DNA of 64,000 nucleotides from a virus (Duplodnaviria; Heunggongvirae; Uroviricota; Caudoviricetes): IMG/VR virus record IMGVR_UViG_637000265_000001; one strand, 5' to 3'. Shown piece by piece: positions 23,531 to 34,290 of this stretch (position 1 is its first letter; each line of letters starts with the position of its first letter). The notes under the pieces were generated by a model. It saw only the letters and a program-made list of their open reading frames with translations, ran no database searches and was not told where the DNA came from. The position numbers and the translations under genes were made by a program.

Positions 23531-24771
23531 TGTTCTTTTCGGGATTATTTCAACGAAAAAGTGACGCACCGGTGACCACGCCAGCAGAGCTGGCGGATGC
23601 CATCGGGTTGTCCTACGACACCTATACCGGAAAGCAGATCAGCAGTCAGCGAGCCATGCGACTGACGGCGGTTTTTTCCTGCGTCAGAGTGCTGGCAGAG
23701 TCGGTCGGGATGTTGCCCTGCAATCTGTATCACCTGAACGGCAGCCTGAAGCAGAGAGCCACCGGCGAACGTCTGCATAAACTGATCTCCACGCATCCCA
23801 ATAGCTATATGACGCCGCAGGAGTTATGGGAGCTGGTGGTCACCTGTCTGTGTCTGAGGGGAAATTTTTACGCCTACAAAGTGAAAGCATTTGGCGAAGT
23901 GGCTGAACTGCTGCCCGTCGATCCCGGTTGTGTGGTACCGAAGCTTAACAGTAGCTGGGAACCGGTTTACCAGGTCACATTTCCGGATGGCTCCACGGAT
24001 GTACTGAGCCAGGAAGATATCTGGCATGTGCGCACGCTGACGCTGGACGGTCTGGTGGGACTGAATCCCATCGCCTATGCCCGCGAGGCAATATCGCTGG
24101 CGGCAGCGACCGAAGAGCACGGGGCCAGACTGTTCAGCAATGGCGCGGTGACGTCGGGTGTGTTGCGTACAGAGCAGACGCTGTCGGATCAGGCTTATGA
24201 GCGCCTGAAGAAAGATTTTGAGGAGCGTCACACCGGGCTTGGCAATGCTCACCGCCCGATGATCCTTGAGATGGGGCGGGACTGGAAGTCGATGGCGTTG
24301 AACGCAGAGGACAGCCAGTTCCTGGAAACCCGCAAGTTTCAGCTTGAAGAAATCTGTCGTCTGTTCCGGGTGCCATTGCACATGGTGCAGAACACCGATC
24401 GCGCCACCTTCAACAATATCGAAGAACTGGGGCTCGGATTTATCAACTATTCACTGGTGCCGTATCTGACCCGCATCGAACAGCGGATCAACACCGGACT
24501 GGTACGAAAAAGTAAGCAGGGCGTTTATTACGCCAAATTTAACGCCGGGGCGTTACTGCGCGGGGATATGAAGTCCCGTTTTGAAGCCTACGCCACCGGG
24601 ATTAACTGGGGAATTTACTCTCCCAATGACTGCCGCGACCTGGAAGATATGAATCCGCGTCCCGGTGGGAATGTCTATCTCACACCGATGAACATGACCA
24701 CGAAACCCTCCGATGGCAGTAAAGCCGGTAAGCAGAAGGATAACGCCAATGCAGACGAAACAACGTCTTGA
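23530..24771 (+). CDS. portal protein (HK97 family)
   Basis: 413 aa; precedes protease and capsid in canonical order. Confidence 0.8.
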   Translation: MFFSGLFQRKSDAPVTTPAELADAIGLSYDTYTGKQISSQRAMRLTAVFSCVRVLAESVGMLPCNLYHLNGSLKQRATGERLHKLISTHPNSYMTPQELWELVVTCLCLRGNFYAYKVKAFGEVAELLPVDPGCVVPKLNSSWEPVYQVTFPDGSTDVLSQEDIWHVRTLTLDGLVGLNPIAYAREAISLAAATEEHGARLFSNGAVTSGVLRTEQTLSDQAYERLKKDFEERHTGLGNAHRPMILEMGRDWKSMALNAEDSQFLETRKFQLEEICRLFRVPLHMVQNTDRATFNNIEELGLGFINYSLVPYLTRIEQRINTGLVRKSKQGVYYAKFNAGALLRGDMKSRFEAYATGINWGIYSPNDCRDLEDMNPRPGGNVYLTPMNMTTKPSDGSKAGKQKDNANADETTS

Positions 24772-25399
24772 TGTACCGCTGAGTCTGAAATCTGTCAGTG
24801 ACTCCGGTGAGTTTGAAGGGTATGGCTCCGTCTTTGGTGTAAAGGACAGCCACGATGATGTGGTGATGTCCGGGGCATTTGCTGCTTCCCTGCGGGCGTG
24901 GAGTGACCGAAAAGCGTTACCTGCGCTGCTCTGGCAGCACCGCATGGATGAACCCATCGGTGTTTACACCGAAATGAAGGAAGACGATGTCGGGCTTTAC
25001 GTCAGGGGGCGGTTGCTCATTGATGATGATCCCCTGGCAAAACGCGCACATGCACACATGAAGGCCGGTTCGTTAACCGGCCTTTCTATTGGGTACGTCC
25101 TGAAGGACTGGGAATACGACCGGACGAAAGAAGCCTTTCTGCTGAAAGAAATCGACCTCTGGGAAGTCAGCCTGGTGACGTTCCCGTCTAACGACGAGGC
25201 GCGGATCAGCGACGTCAAGAACGCACTGGCCCGCGGGGAAATCCCCGAACAGAAAAAAATCGAAAGAGTCCTGCGTGATGTCGGACTCTCCCGTACCCAG
25301 GCCAAAGCATTCATGGCCGGGGGCTATGGCGCACTGTCCCTGCGCGACGCTGAGGATGTGGGCTCTGCACTGGATGCACTGAAAAATCTGAACTTCTAA
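24749..25399 (+). CDS. prohead protease (HK97 family)
   Basis: AAGGA RBS; motif GYGSVFGVKDSHDDVVMSGAF. Confidence 0.7.
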   Translation: MQTKQRLDVPLSLKSVSDSGEFEGYGSVFGVKDSHDDVVMSGAFAASLRAWSDRKALPALLWQHRMDEPIGVYTEMKEDDVGLYVRGRLLIDDDPLAKRAHAHMKAGSLTGLSIGYVLKDWEYDRTKEAFLLKEIDLWEVSLVTFPSNDEARISDVKNALARGEIPEQKKIERVLRDVGLSRTQAKAFMAGGYGALSLRDAEDVGSALDALKNLNF

Positions 25400-25413
25400 T
25401 CAGGAGAAATACG

Positions 25414-26619
25414 ATGGCGGTTGATATTAAAGATGTCGAACAGGTCGCGCAGGAGCTGCAGCAGAAGTTTGACGACTTCAAAGCAAAGAACGACAAGCGC
25501 GTGGATGCGATTGAGCAGGAAAAAGGCAAACTTGCCGGGCAGGTGGAAACCCTGAACGGGAAACTCAGCGAGCTGGAAAACCTCAAAAGCGATCTTGAAA
25601 AAGAGCTGCTTGAGCTGAAACGTCCGGCAGGTGGTGCGCAAAATAAACTGGCCACCGAGCATAAAGAAGCGTTTGTGGGCTTCCTGCGTAAAGGCCGTGA
25701 AGATGGTCTGCGCGATCTGGAGCGCAAGGCATTACAGGTGGGCACCGATGAAGACGGTGGCTACGCCGTGCCGGAAGCGCTGGATCGCAACATTCTGACC
25801 CTGCTGAAAGATGAAGTGGTGATGCGCCAGGAAGCCACGGTGATCACCGTTGGCGGTTCCGACTACAAAAAACTGGTGAATCTGGGCGGCACGGCTTCCG
25901 GATGGGTTGGCGAGACTGACGCGCGTTCCCAGACTGCCACCTCAAAACTGGGGCTGATTGAACCTTTCATGGGGGAAATCTACGGTAACCCGCAGGCCAC
26001 CCAGAAAATGCTGGATGATGCCTTTTTCAACGTGGAGGCCTGGATCAACAGCGAGCTGGCAACCGAATTTGCCGAACAGGAAGAAATAGCCTTTACCACC
26101 GGCGATGGTACCAAGAAGCCGAAAGGGTTCCTGGCGTATGAATCCACGGATGAAACCGACAAGGTCCGGGCGTTCGGCAAACTTCAGCATATTGTATCCG
26201 GCGACGCGACTGCGGTGACCGCAGACGCCATTATCAAACTGATTTACACGCTGCGAAAGGCACACCGCACTGGCGCGAAGTTCATGATGAACAACAACAG
26301 CCTGTTTGCCATCCGTCTGCTGAAAGACACCGAGGGTAACTATCTGTGGCGTCCGGGGCTGGAACTGGGGCAGCCGTCCTCTCTGGCGGGTTACGGTATC
26401 GCTGAAAACGAACAGATGCCGGATATCGCCGCTGATGCGAAAGCCATTGCATTTGGTAACTTCAAACGGGGTTACACCATCGTTGACCGTATCGGCACCC
26501 GCATTCTGCGTGATCCGTACACCAATAAACCGTTTGTCGGTTTTTATACCACCAAGCGCACCGGCGGGATGCTGGTCGATTCGCAGGCCATCAAACTGCT
26601 GAAGATTGCAGCGGCGTAA
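25414..26619 (+). CDS. major capsid protein (HK97 family, with N-terminal coiled-coil delta domain)
   Basis: 401 aa; coiled-coil N-terminal 100 aa followed by capsid-like body; position after protease. Confidence 0.8.
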   Translation: MAVDIKDVEQVAQELQQKFDDFKAKNDKRVDAIEQEKGKLAGQVETLNGKLSELENLKSDLEKELLELKRPAGGAQNKLATEHKEAFVGFLRKGREDGLRDLERKALQVGTDEDGGYAVPEALDRNILTLLKDEVVMRQEATVITVGGSDYKKLVNLGGTASGWVGETDARSQTATSKLGLIEPFMGEIYGNPQATQKMLDDAFFNVEAWINSELATEFAEQEEIAFTTGDGTKKPKGFLAYESTDETDKVRAFGKLQHIVSGDATAVTADAIIKLIYTLRKAHRTGAKFMMNNNSLFAIRLLKDTEGNYLWRPGLELGQPSSLAGYGIAENEQMPDIAADAKAIAFGNFKRGYTIVDRIGTRILRDPYTNKPFVGFYTTKRTGGMLVDSQAIKLLKIAAA

Positions 26620-26668
26620 TCATTCAGGGGCGCGGAACCGCGCCCCCTGTTCTGACGGGTGAAGAATC

Positions 26669-26869
26669 ATGATCCTGAAACAAGATCTGAAATGGTCACC
26701 GGACGGTATGCGTGTTGAGGTCATTCGGGCCGGTGAGTATGACGACGGGGCGCTTCCTGCCCGGGTGCAGGAGATTGCACTTCAGGCCGGGTTAGCAGAG
26801 CGCGGAATCAGTGCAAAAAGCAGTAAAGCGGCAAAAGAGAAAAAAGCCACGACCAGTAAAGAGGGCTGA
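26669..26869 (+). CDS. small hypothetical head-region protein
   Basis: 66 aa ORF between capsid and connector genes. Confidence 0.3.
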   Translation: MILKQDLKWSPDGMRVEVIRAGEYDDGALPARVQEIALQAGLAERGISAKSSKAAKEKKATTSKEG

Positions 26870-26871
26870 GT

Positions 26872-27195
26872 ATGCTTCTGACAATGGAAGAGATTAAAGC
26901 CCAACTCCGGCTGGATGAGGATTTCGATGTTGATGACCGCCATCTGCAACTGCTGGCCTGTGCGGCGCAAAAGCGGACGGAAACGTATCTGAACCGGAAG
27001 CTCTATGCACCGGATGAAACCATTCCGGACAGCGACCCGGACGGGCTACACCTGCCGGATGATATTCGTCTGGGGATGCTGATGCTTATCAGCCATTTTT
27101 ACGAAAACCGCTCGTCGGTTACGGAAGTGGAGAAACTCGACATGCCGCAGAGTTTTGGCTGGCTTGTTGGCCCGTACAGGTACTTTCCGCAATGA
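26872..27195 (+). CDS. head-tail connector (gp6-like)
   Basis: 107 aa, position and composition typical of connector proteins. Confidence 0.55.
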   Translation: MLLTMEEIKAQLRLDEDFDVDDRHLQLLACAAQKRTETYLNRKLYAPDETIPDSDPDGLHLPDDIRLGMLMLISHFYENRSSVTEVEKLDMPQSFGWLVGPYRYFPQ

Positions 27196-27602
27196 AAATT
27201 CGTCAGGCGCAGACCAGCGCAACCTACATTCTGCCGGACCCCGGCGAACTGAATAAACGCGTCCTGATCCGCCAGCGGGTGGATATGCCCGCGGATAACT
27301 TTGGCGTGGAGCCTCAATATCCGGTTACGTTCCGGACATGGGCGAAGGTTATCCAGACCAGTGCCACCACCTGGCAGGAAACCGCGCAGACCGGGGACGC
27401 CATCACCCATTACATCACCATTCGTTACCGCAGGGGGATCACCGCTGATTATGAGGTGGTCTGCGGTGACAGTGTGTACCGGGTGAAACGTCAGCGCGAT
27501 CTGAACGGGGCGCGGCGCTTTCTGCTGCTGGAGTGTACGGAGCTGGGCGAATTTACGCAGAGTCACGGAGGCAGCAATGGCGACTTCCTTTTTGCACGTT
27601 GA
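27192..27602 (+). CDS. head closure protein
   Basis: Overlapping gene in head-tail joining block. Confidence 0.5.
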   Translation: MKIRQAQTSATYILPDPGELNKRVLIRQRVDMPADNFGVEPQYPVTFRTWAKVIQTSATTWQETAQTGDAITHYITIRYRRGITADYEVVCGDSVYRVKRQRDLNGARRFLLLECTELGEFTQSHGGSNGDFLFAR

Positions 27603-28083
27603 TTTTCAGCAGCCCGCGGAGATGCGCTTTAACCGCGCCCGTGTCCGGCGGGCGTTTGTCACGATTGGTCAGCGTCATATGCGTGATGCCCGTCGGCTGG
27701 TGATGCGCCGTGCGCGGTCGGCACCGGGTGAAAACCCCGGTTATCAGACCGGACGCCTGGCTCGTTCGATTGGTTACATGGTACCCAGAGCCAGTAAACA
27801 TCGCCCTGGTTTTATGGCACGTATAGCCCCTAACCAGCGTAATGGAGAGGGAAACCGCCGTATCACCGGTGATTTTTATCCGGCTTTTTTGTTCTATGGC
27901 GTGAGGCGAGGGGCAAAGCGTCGTCGCAGCCATCATCGTGGTGCATCCGGTGGCAGCGGCTGGCGACTGGCTCCACGTAATAACTTCATGGTGGAAACGC
28001 TTGAAAAGAACCGCAGCTGGACACGCTATTTTCTGGCGCGGGAATTGCGTAAATCACTGAAGCCGGAGCGACGACACAGATGA
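27577..28083 (+). CDS. HK97 gp10-like tail component
   Basis: 168 aa basic protein, motif GENPGYQTGRLARSI. Confidence 0.5.
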   Translation: MATSFLHVDFQQPAEMRFNRARVRRAFVTIGQRHMRDARRLVMRRARSAPGENPGYQTGRLARSIGYMVPRASKHRPGFMARIAPNQRNGEGNRRITGDFYPAFLFYGVRRGAKRRRSHHRGASGGSGWRLAPRNNFMVETLEKNRSWTRYFLARELRKSLKPERRHR

Positions 28084-28640
28084 AACTGACGCCTGTTATT
28101 GCTGCACTGCGTGCCCGCTGTCCGTATTTTGAAAACCGGGTTGCAGGCGCGGCCCAGTTCAAAAATCTGCCGGAGGTCGGAAAGCTGAAACTCCCGGCGG
28201 CATATGTTGTACCGGGTGATGATTCTCCGGGAGAAAACAAAAGCCAGACCGACTACTGGCAGGAGCTGAAAGAGGGTTTCTCCGTGGTTGTCATACTGAG
28301 TAACGGGCGTGATGAGCGCGGTCAGTTTGCCTCGTATGATGTGGTGGACGATGTCCGGCAGATGCTCTTTAAGGCTCTGCTGGGCTGGAACCCGGAGGCG
28401 TGCGGTAACCCGATTACCTATGACGGCGGCACGCTGCTGGATCTGAATCGTCATGAGCTGATTTATCAGTTCGATTTTTCGGTCATCAGCGAGCTGACTG
28501 AAGACGATACCCGCCAGCAGGATGATCTGAACAGTCTGGATGAACTGCAAACGCTGGCGATTGATGTTGATTATCTCGAGCCCGGTAACGGGCCTGACGG
28601 CGATATAGAACATCACACCGAAATAACCCTTCCTTCCTGA
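28080..28640 (+). CDS. tail completion / neck protein
   Basis: 186 aa, immediately upstream of sheath. Confidence 0.45.
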   Translation: MKLTPVIAALRARCPYFENRVAGAAQFKNLPEVGKLKLPAAYVVPGDDSPGENKSQTDYWQELKEGFSVVVILSNGRDERGQFASYDVVDDVRQMLFKALLGWNPEACGNPITYDGGTLLDLNRHELIYQFDFSVISELTEDDTRQQDDLNSLDELQTLAIDVDYLEPGNGPDGDIEHHTEITLPS

Positions 28641-28648
28641 GGATCCTC

Positions 28649-28816
28649 ATGTTTGTCAAACCTGTTAAAGGGCGGTCAGTGCCTGACCCTGCCCGCGGCG
28701 ACCTTTTGCCCGCCGAAGGGCGAAATGTTGATGAGAACAACTACTGGCTGCGCCGTGAAGCAGCGGGTGATATCCGGCGCGTGAATAAAAAGGTGAACAC
28801 CGATGACGATAAGCTT
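28649..28816 (+). CDS. small protein preceding tail sheath
   Basis: 55 aa ORF (MFVKPVKGRSVPDP...) overlapping sheath start. Confidence 0.3.
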
Positions 28817-30299
28817 TAACACCATTCCGTCGAATACGCTGGTTCCGCTGTTTTATGCGGAAATGGATAACCAGGCTGCGAATACTGCACAGGACAGCGG
28901 AGCATCGCTGCTGATTGGTCATGCCAATAACGGTGCAGAGATTGTTGCCAACAGTCTGGTGCTGATGCCGTCGGCAGACTATGCACGCCAGATTTGTGGT
29001 GCGGGAAGTCAGCTGGCGCGTATGGTCGAGGCTTATCGCCAGACCGACCCGTTTGGTGAGCTGTATGTGATTGCCGTTCCGGAAGCCACAGGCGCGGCGG
29101 CAACGGTTACGCTGACGGTGACCGGGGAAGCAACCGAAAGCGGCACGGTGAATGTCTATGTGGGACGTACCCGCGTGCAGGCTCCGGTGACCAACGGCGA
29201 TAACGTCACGACGATTGCCAGCAGTATCAAAGATGCCATCAATGCCGTTCCGACTCTGCCGTTTACAGCTTCATCTTCGGCTGGTGTTGTCACGCTGACC
29301 GCGCGTCATAAGGGGCTTTGCGGGAATGAAATTCCTGTCAGCCTCAATTACTACGGCTTCGGTGGGGGCGAAGTGCTGCCAGCGGGCGTACAGATTGCCG
29401 TGGCGACGGGGACCGCCGGAACGGGCGCTCCGGTTCTCACCGGCGCGGTGGCTGCAATGGCGGATGAGCCGTTTGATTATATCGGTCTGCCGTTCAACGA
29501 CACGGCCTCCGTTAACACGCTGGTGACCGAGATGAACGATACCAGCGGTCGCTGGAGCTATGCGCGTCAGCTGTATGGTCATGTGTATACGGCAAAGACC
29601 GGCACACTGTCAGAACTGGTGAACGCAGGTGACCAGTTTAACCAGCAGCACATCACCCTGGCGGGGTACGAAAAAGAGACCCAGACGCCTGCCGACGAGC
29701 TGGCGGCAAGCCGTACCGCCCGCGCAGCGGTGTTTATCCGCAACGATCCGGCACGTCCCACGCAGACCGGTGAGCTGGTGGGTATGCTGCCTGCGCCGAA
29801 GGGGAAACGGTTCACGATGACCGAGCAGCAGACCCTGCTGTCTCATGGCGTGGCAACGGCGTATGTCGAAAGCGGGGTGCTGCGCATTCAGCGTGATGTC
29901 ACCACGTACAGGAAAAATGCTTACGGGGTTGCGGATAACAGTTACCTCGACAGTGAGACGCTGCATACCAGCGCGTATGTACTGCGCAAACTGAAATCCG
30001 TCATTACCAGTAAGTACGGGCGTCACAAGCTTGCCAGTGACGGTACCCGCTTTGGTCCCGGTCAGGCGATTGTCACCCCGGCGGTGATCAAAGGGGAACT
30101 GCTGGCAACCTACCGTCAGCTTGAGCGTGCGGGGATCGTGGAAAACTACGAACTGTTTAAGCAGTACCTGGTTGTGGAGCGTGATGCCAGCGATCCGAAC
30201 CGCCTTAACACGCTGTTCCCGCCTGACTATGTTAACCAGCTGCGTGTCTTTGCCGTGGTTAATCAGTTCCGTCTTCAGTATTCAGAGGAGTCTGCATAA
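28803..30299 (+). CDS. tail sheath protein (Mu gpL-like)
   Basis: 498 aa; followed by tube, chaperone, tape measure. Confidence 0.75.
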   Translation: MTISFNTIPSNTLVPLFYAEMDNQAANTAQDSGASLLIGHANNGAEIVANSLVLMPSADYARQICGAGSQLARMVEAYRQTDPFGELYVIAVPEATGAAATVTLTVTGEATESGTVNVYVGRTRVQAPVTNGDNVTTIASSIKDAINAVPTLPFTASSSAGVVTLTARHKGLCGNEIPVSLNYYGFGGGEVLPAGVQIAVATGTAGTGAPVLTGAVAAMADEPFDYIGLPFNDTASVNTLVTEMNDTSGRWSYARQLYGHVYTAKTGTLSELVNAGDQFNQQHITLAGYEKETQTPADELAASRTARAAVFIRNDPARPTQTGELVGMLPAPKGKRFTMTEQQTLLSHGVATAYVESGVLRIQRDVTTYRKNAYGVADNSYLDSETLHTSAYVLRKLKSVITSKYGRHKLASDGTRFGPGQAIVTPAVIKGELLATYRQLERAGIVENYELFKQYLVVERDASDPNRLNTLFPPDYVNQLRVFAVVNQFRLQYSEESA

Positions 30300-30655
30300 T
30301 GGCCCGTATCGGGGGAACCTGTTATTTCAAAATTGACGGTCAGCAGCTATCGCTGACCGGCGGCATTGAGGTGCCCATGAACAGGACGGTCAATGATGAC
30401 ATCATCGGCCTGGACGGTTCAGTGGACCGCAAGGAAACTCACCGTGCGCCTTATGTCAAAGGGACCTTCAAGGTGCCGAAGAATTTTCCGGTGAACAAAA
30501 TCACCTCGTCTGATGAGATGACAATCACTGCCGAGTTGGCGAACGGTCAGGTCTATGTACTGTCGTCTGCCTGGCTGCACGGCGAAGCGAACCATAATGC
30601 CGAAGAAGGCACGGTTGATCTTGAGTTCCACGGTGAAGAAGGGGATTACCAGTAA
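30299..30655 (+). CDS. tail tube protein
   Basis: 118 aa directly after sheath. Confidence 0.7.
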   Translation: MARIGGTCYFKIDGQQLSLTGGIEVPMNRTVNDDIIGLDGSVDRKETHRAPYVKGTFKVPKNFPVNKITSSDEMTITAELANGQVYVLSSAWLHGEANHNAEEGTVDLEFHGEEGDYQ

Positions 30656-31073
30656 TGAAAGAGCTTGAGTTAAAGAAACCGATTACTGCTCATGGCGAGA
30701 CACTCTCCGTACTGGAGTTTGATGAGCCCACCGGGAAGGATGTCCGCGAGCTGGGGTATCCCTACCAGATGAATCAGGATGAGTCAGTCAGACTTCTGGC
30801 GCATGTGGTGTCGAAATACATTGTGCGGCTGGCGAAAGTGCCGCAAAGCTCTGTCGACCAGATGTCTCCGGCAGACCTGAATGCAGCGGCGTGGCTTGTG
30901 GCTGGTTTTTTCCTCCAGGCCTGACGGCTGAATACCTCACTGATCGCTTCTTTGACTGCGCCAGCTACTGGCGCATTAATCCTTTCGAATTGCTGAATAT
31001 GCCGATCAGTGAAATTCCCTTACTGGTCAGTCAGGCAAACAGGATAGAGCAGGAGAAACGCACACATGGCTGA
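30655..31073 (+). CDS. tail assembly chaperone pair with programmed -1 frameshift
   Basis: ORF 30655-30924 and overlapping -1 frame ORF to 31073; slippery heptamer T_TTT_TTC at 30906-30912. Confidence 0.6.
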
Positions 31074-32901
31074 ATTTGAGCTTAAGGCGTTGATCACCGG
31101 TGTCGACAGGCTTTCTCCCGCGCTGTCGAAAATGCAAAAGAAAATCCGGGGATTTAAACGCCAGGCGGAAGAAGCGTCACAGGGTGGGCTGGCGCTTGGT
31201 GGCGGACTGGCTGCGGGTCTGACGCTTTCCCTGAAATCTTATGCCGATCAGGAAAACGCCGCCACCGGGCTGAAAGTCGCCATGATGGATGCGAACGGCG
31301 AGGTTGGAAAGAGCTTTCAGGACATCAATAAACTGGCTATTGGCCTGGGTAACCAGCTACCCGGTACAACGGCTGATTTCCAGAACATGATGCAGATGCT
31401 GGTGCGTCAGGGGATCCAGGCAGAAAACATTCTTGGCGGTGTGGGTAAAGCGACAGCTTATCTTGCGGTACAACTGAAAAAAACACCGGAAGCGGCTGCT
31501 GAGTTTGCTGCAAAGATGCAGGATGCTACCGGAACGGCGTCAGAAGACATGATGGGGCTGTTCGACACTATCCAGAAGGCGTTTTATCTGGGCGTTGACG
31601 ATACCAACATGTTGTCCTTCTTCACTAAAACCAGTTCTGTTCTGAAGATGGTGAACAAGGACGGTCTTCAGGCTGCACAGAGCCTTGCCCCCATCAGCGT
31701 CATGATGGATCAGATGGGGATGAACGGGGAGTCGGCAGGTAATGCCCTGCGAAAAGTTATCCAGTCCGGATTAAGCGTTAAGAAAATCAGGGACGTCAAT
31801 AAAGTTATGGCCCGCCAGAAACTCGGGGTACAGCTCGATTTTACTGACGGCAAAGGGAGTTTTGGCGGTCTTGATAACATGTTTAAACAACTGGCAAAGC
31901 TGCGAAAACTGACCGACGTTAAGCGAACAGGTGTACTTAAGGCAATATTTGGTGATGATGCCGAAACCCTTCAGGTGGTAAATGCTCTGATCGATAAAGG
32001 AAAGGATGGTTACGATCAGATCCAGCAGAAGATGAATAAACAGGCCAGTCTGAATAAACGTGTTCAGGCCCAGCTTGGTACGCTGTCCAACCTGTGGGAG
32101 GCAATGACGGGGACCGCAACTAACGGCCTTGCGGCTATTGGCGGCGCATTTTCTGGTGACGCCAAAAATATCACGCAATGGCTGGGGGAGTTAGGGGAAA
32201 AATTCACGAAGTTTGCGGATGAAAATCCCCGGGTTATTCGCGGTGTCGTCGGGCTTGCTGCCGGTCTTGCGATTCTGAAACTGGGATTGATGGGCGTGGG
32301 CAGTGCCATCAGTATCGTCAGCAGGATCATGTCGATGACGCCGATTGGCATGATTGCGACGGCGATTGCCCTGGCTGCGGGATTAATTATCACTAACTGG
32401 GATGTTGTCGGACCTTATTTTAAGAAACTCTGGGAAACCATTAGTCCTTATTTTGAGGCTGGCTGGGAACTTCTGAAGAAGGTTTTTGCCTGGTCGCCGC
32501 TGGGGATGGTGATCAATAACTGGGGACCGGTTGTTAAGTGGTTTCAGGATATGTGGGATAAGCTGAAGCCGATTATTGAATGGTTTACCGATAGTTCCGG
32601 TGACACGGTCGATGCCATTAACTCGGCGCAGTGGGGCGCGGGTGCTTATGATGCTTATGGGACGGGAATACCGGCACGGGGATACACACCTTATCAGGCG
32701 GTAGATCCGGCTCAGTCAAACAACGCCTCCGATGCCACAGGCCCGAATCCCTTCATGATTAACAAAGCTTCTGCGCCAAAAGTTGATGGTGAGATCAAGG
32801 TCTCTTTTGTGAATTCGCCTCCGGGTATGCGGGTTATGGAAACGCGATCCAGCGGTTTTGATGTCAGCCATGATGTTGGCTATACGCGCTTTGGCAGGTA
32901 A
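31066..32901 (+). CDS. tail tape measure protein
   Basis: 611 aa, Ala/Gly-rich helical with C-terminal hydrophobic segments. Confidence 0.8.
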   Translation: MAEFELKALITGVDRLSPALSKMQKKIRGFKRQAEEASQGGLALGGGLAAGLTLSLKSYADQENAATGLKVAMMDANGEVGKSFQDINKLAIGLGNQLPGTTADFQNMMQMLVRQGIQAENILGGVGKATAYLAVQLKKTPEAAAEFAAKMQDATGTASEDMMGLFDTIQKAFYLGVDDTNMLSFFTKTSSVLKMVNKDGLQAAQSLAPISVMMDQMGMNGESAGNALRKVIQSGLSVKKIRDVNKVMARQKLGVQLDFTDGKGSFGGLDNMFKQLAKLRKLTDVKRTGVLKAIFGDDAETLQVVNALIDKGKDGYDQIQQKMNKQASLNKRVQAQLGTLSNLWEAMTGTATNGLAAIGGAFSGDAKNITQWLGELGEKFTKFADENPRVIRGVVGLAAGLAILKLGLMGVGSAISIVSRIMSMTPIGMIATAIALAAGLIITNWDVVGPYFKKLWETISPYFEAGWELLKKVFAWSPLGMVINNWGPVVKWFQDMWDKLKPIIEWFTDSSGDTVDAINSAQWGAGAYDAYGTGIPARGYTPYQAVDPAQSNNASDATGPNPFMINKASAPKVDGEIKVSFVNSPPGMRVMETRSSGFDVSHDVGYTRFGR

Positions 32902-32919
32902 TGAAAAATTAATCTGTTA

Positions 32920-34290
32920 ATGAGTCCCACTCCGGTGGGATTTTTTATGTACGGAGTTTATATGACGTGGAAAGACAGACTTCAGGACGCGTCATTTCGC
33001 GGTGTGCCGTTTAAGGTTGAAGAAGAAAGTGCGGGAACCGGTCGCCGTGTGGAAACGCACGAATACCCGAACCGCGACAAACCCTATACCGAAGACCTGG
33101 GGAAAATCACTTTTCGCCCGTCCATCACAGCTTATGTGGTGGGAGATGACTGCTTTGACCAGCGCGATCGCCTGATTGACGCGCTGAATAAACCCGGTCC
33201 TGGCACGCTTGTCCATCCGACTTATGGTGAGCTGAAAGTCTGTGTTGACGGGGAAGTTCGGGTCAGCACATCGAAGAGTGAAGGGCGTATTGTCCGCTTT
33301 GACCTGAAGTTTGTCGAAGCGGGAGAACTCTCTTACCCCACTTCAGGTGCGGCGACGGCGCAGACGCTGATGTCATCCTGTTCTGCACTGGATGACTGCA
33401 TCAGTGATAGCTTCAGTGGTTTCAGTATCGATGGCGTGGCAGATTTTGTGCAGAACGACGTCGTCGGTAATGCCAGCACAATGCTTGGGTATGTTTCTGA
33501 TGCGATGAAAGTGGTGGATTCTGCCGTATCGGATGCCGCCAGGCTGTTGCAGGGGGATATCTCGGTACTTCTGCCGCCGCCATCGTCAGGCAAAAATTTC
33601 GTTGAGCAGGTGCAGAAAATGTGGCGTACCGGGAAACGCCTTTATGGTAACGCCAGCGACCTGGTCACCATGATCAAAACGCTTTCCGGTGTCAGCCTCG
33701 GCAGCGATCTGCAACCGCGCGGCGTCTGGAAAACGGACAGTAAAACCACCGCCACGGCGACGCAGCAGCGTAACATGGTTGCCAGCACCCTTCGTACGAC
33801 CGCAATCAGCGAAGCGGCGTATGCCGTCACCCGATTGCCTGCGCCAACAACTTCCGCGGTGATGCAGAATGCCGCAGTGGGGCAGGCAACAACACCCGCG
33901 CAGAGCACTGGCTGGCCTTCCGTCACGCATCCGGCACTGAACAATGCACCGGCGGTGAAAAACACGGTTGACCTGCCGACGTGGGAAGAACTGACTGACA
34001 TTCGCGACACACTGAATACGGCAATTGATAAGGAGTTGTCCCGTACAACCAGCGATGCGCTGTTTCTGGCGCTGCGCCGGGTGAAAGCAGATCTGAATGC
34101 GGATATCAACACGCGCCTTGAACAGTCTGCACGGATCATTCAGCGCACACCGGATGAGGTTTTACCCGCGCTGGTGCTGGCGGCGACCTGGTTTGATAAC
34201 GCGGCGCGTGACGCGGACATTATCCGGCGTAATGCCATTACGCATCCCGGCTTTGTGCCGGTGATCCCTCTGAAGGTGCCAGTGCAATGA
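32920..34290 (+). CDS. Mu gpN-like DNA circularisation protein
   Basis: 456 aa following tape measure, Mu-like tail synteny. Confidence 0.55.
   Translation: MSPTPVGFFMYGVYMTWKDRLQDASFRGVPFKVEEESAGTGRRVETHEYPNRDKPYTEDLGKITFRPSITAYVVGDDCFDQRDRLIDALNKPGPGTLVHPTYGELKVCVDGEVRVSTSKSEGRIVRFDLKFVEAGELSYPTSGAATAQTLMSSCSALDDCISDSFSGFSIDGVADFVQNDVVGNASTMLGYVSDAMKVVDSAVSDAARLLQGDISVLLPPPSSGKNFVEQVQKMWRTGKRLYGNASDLVTMIKTLSGVSLGSDLQPRGVWKTDSKTTATATQQRNMVASTLRTTAISEAAYAVTRLPAPTTSAVMQNAAVGQATTPAQSTGWPSVTHPALNNAPAVKNTVDLPTWEELTDIRDTLNTAIDKELSRTTSDALFLALRRVKADLNADINTRLEQSARIIQRTPDEVLPALVLAATWFDNAARDADIIRRNAITHPGFVPVIPLKVPVQ

Noticed and set aside
27986-34139. Long antisense or alternate-frame ORFs inside tail and baseplate genes (for example 28026-28616, 33642-34139)
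   Set aside because: Embedded in high-GC structural genes in which the plus-strand frame has clear synteny; typical spurious ORFs.
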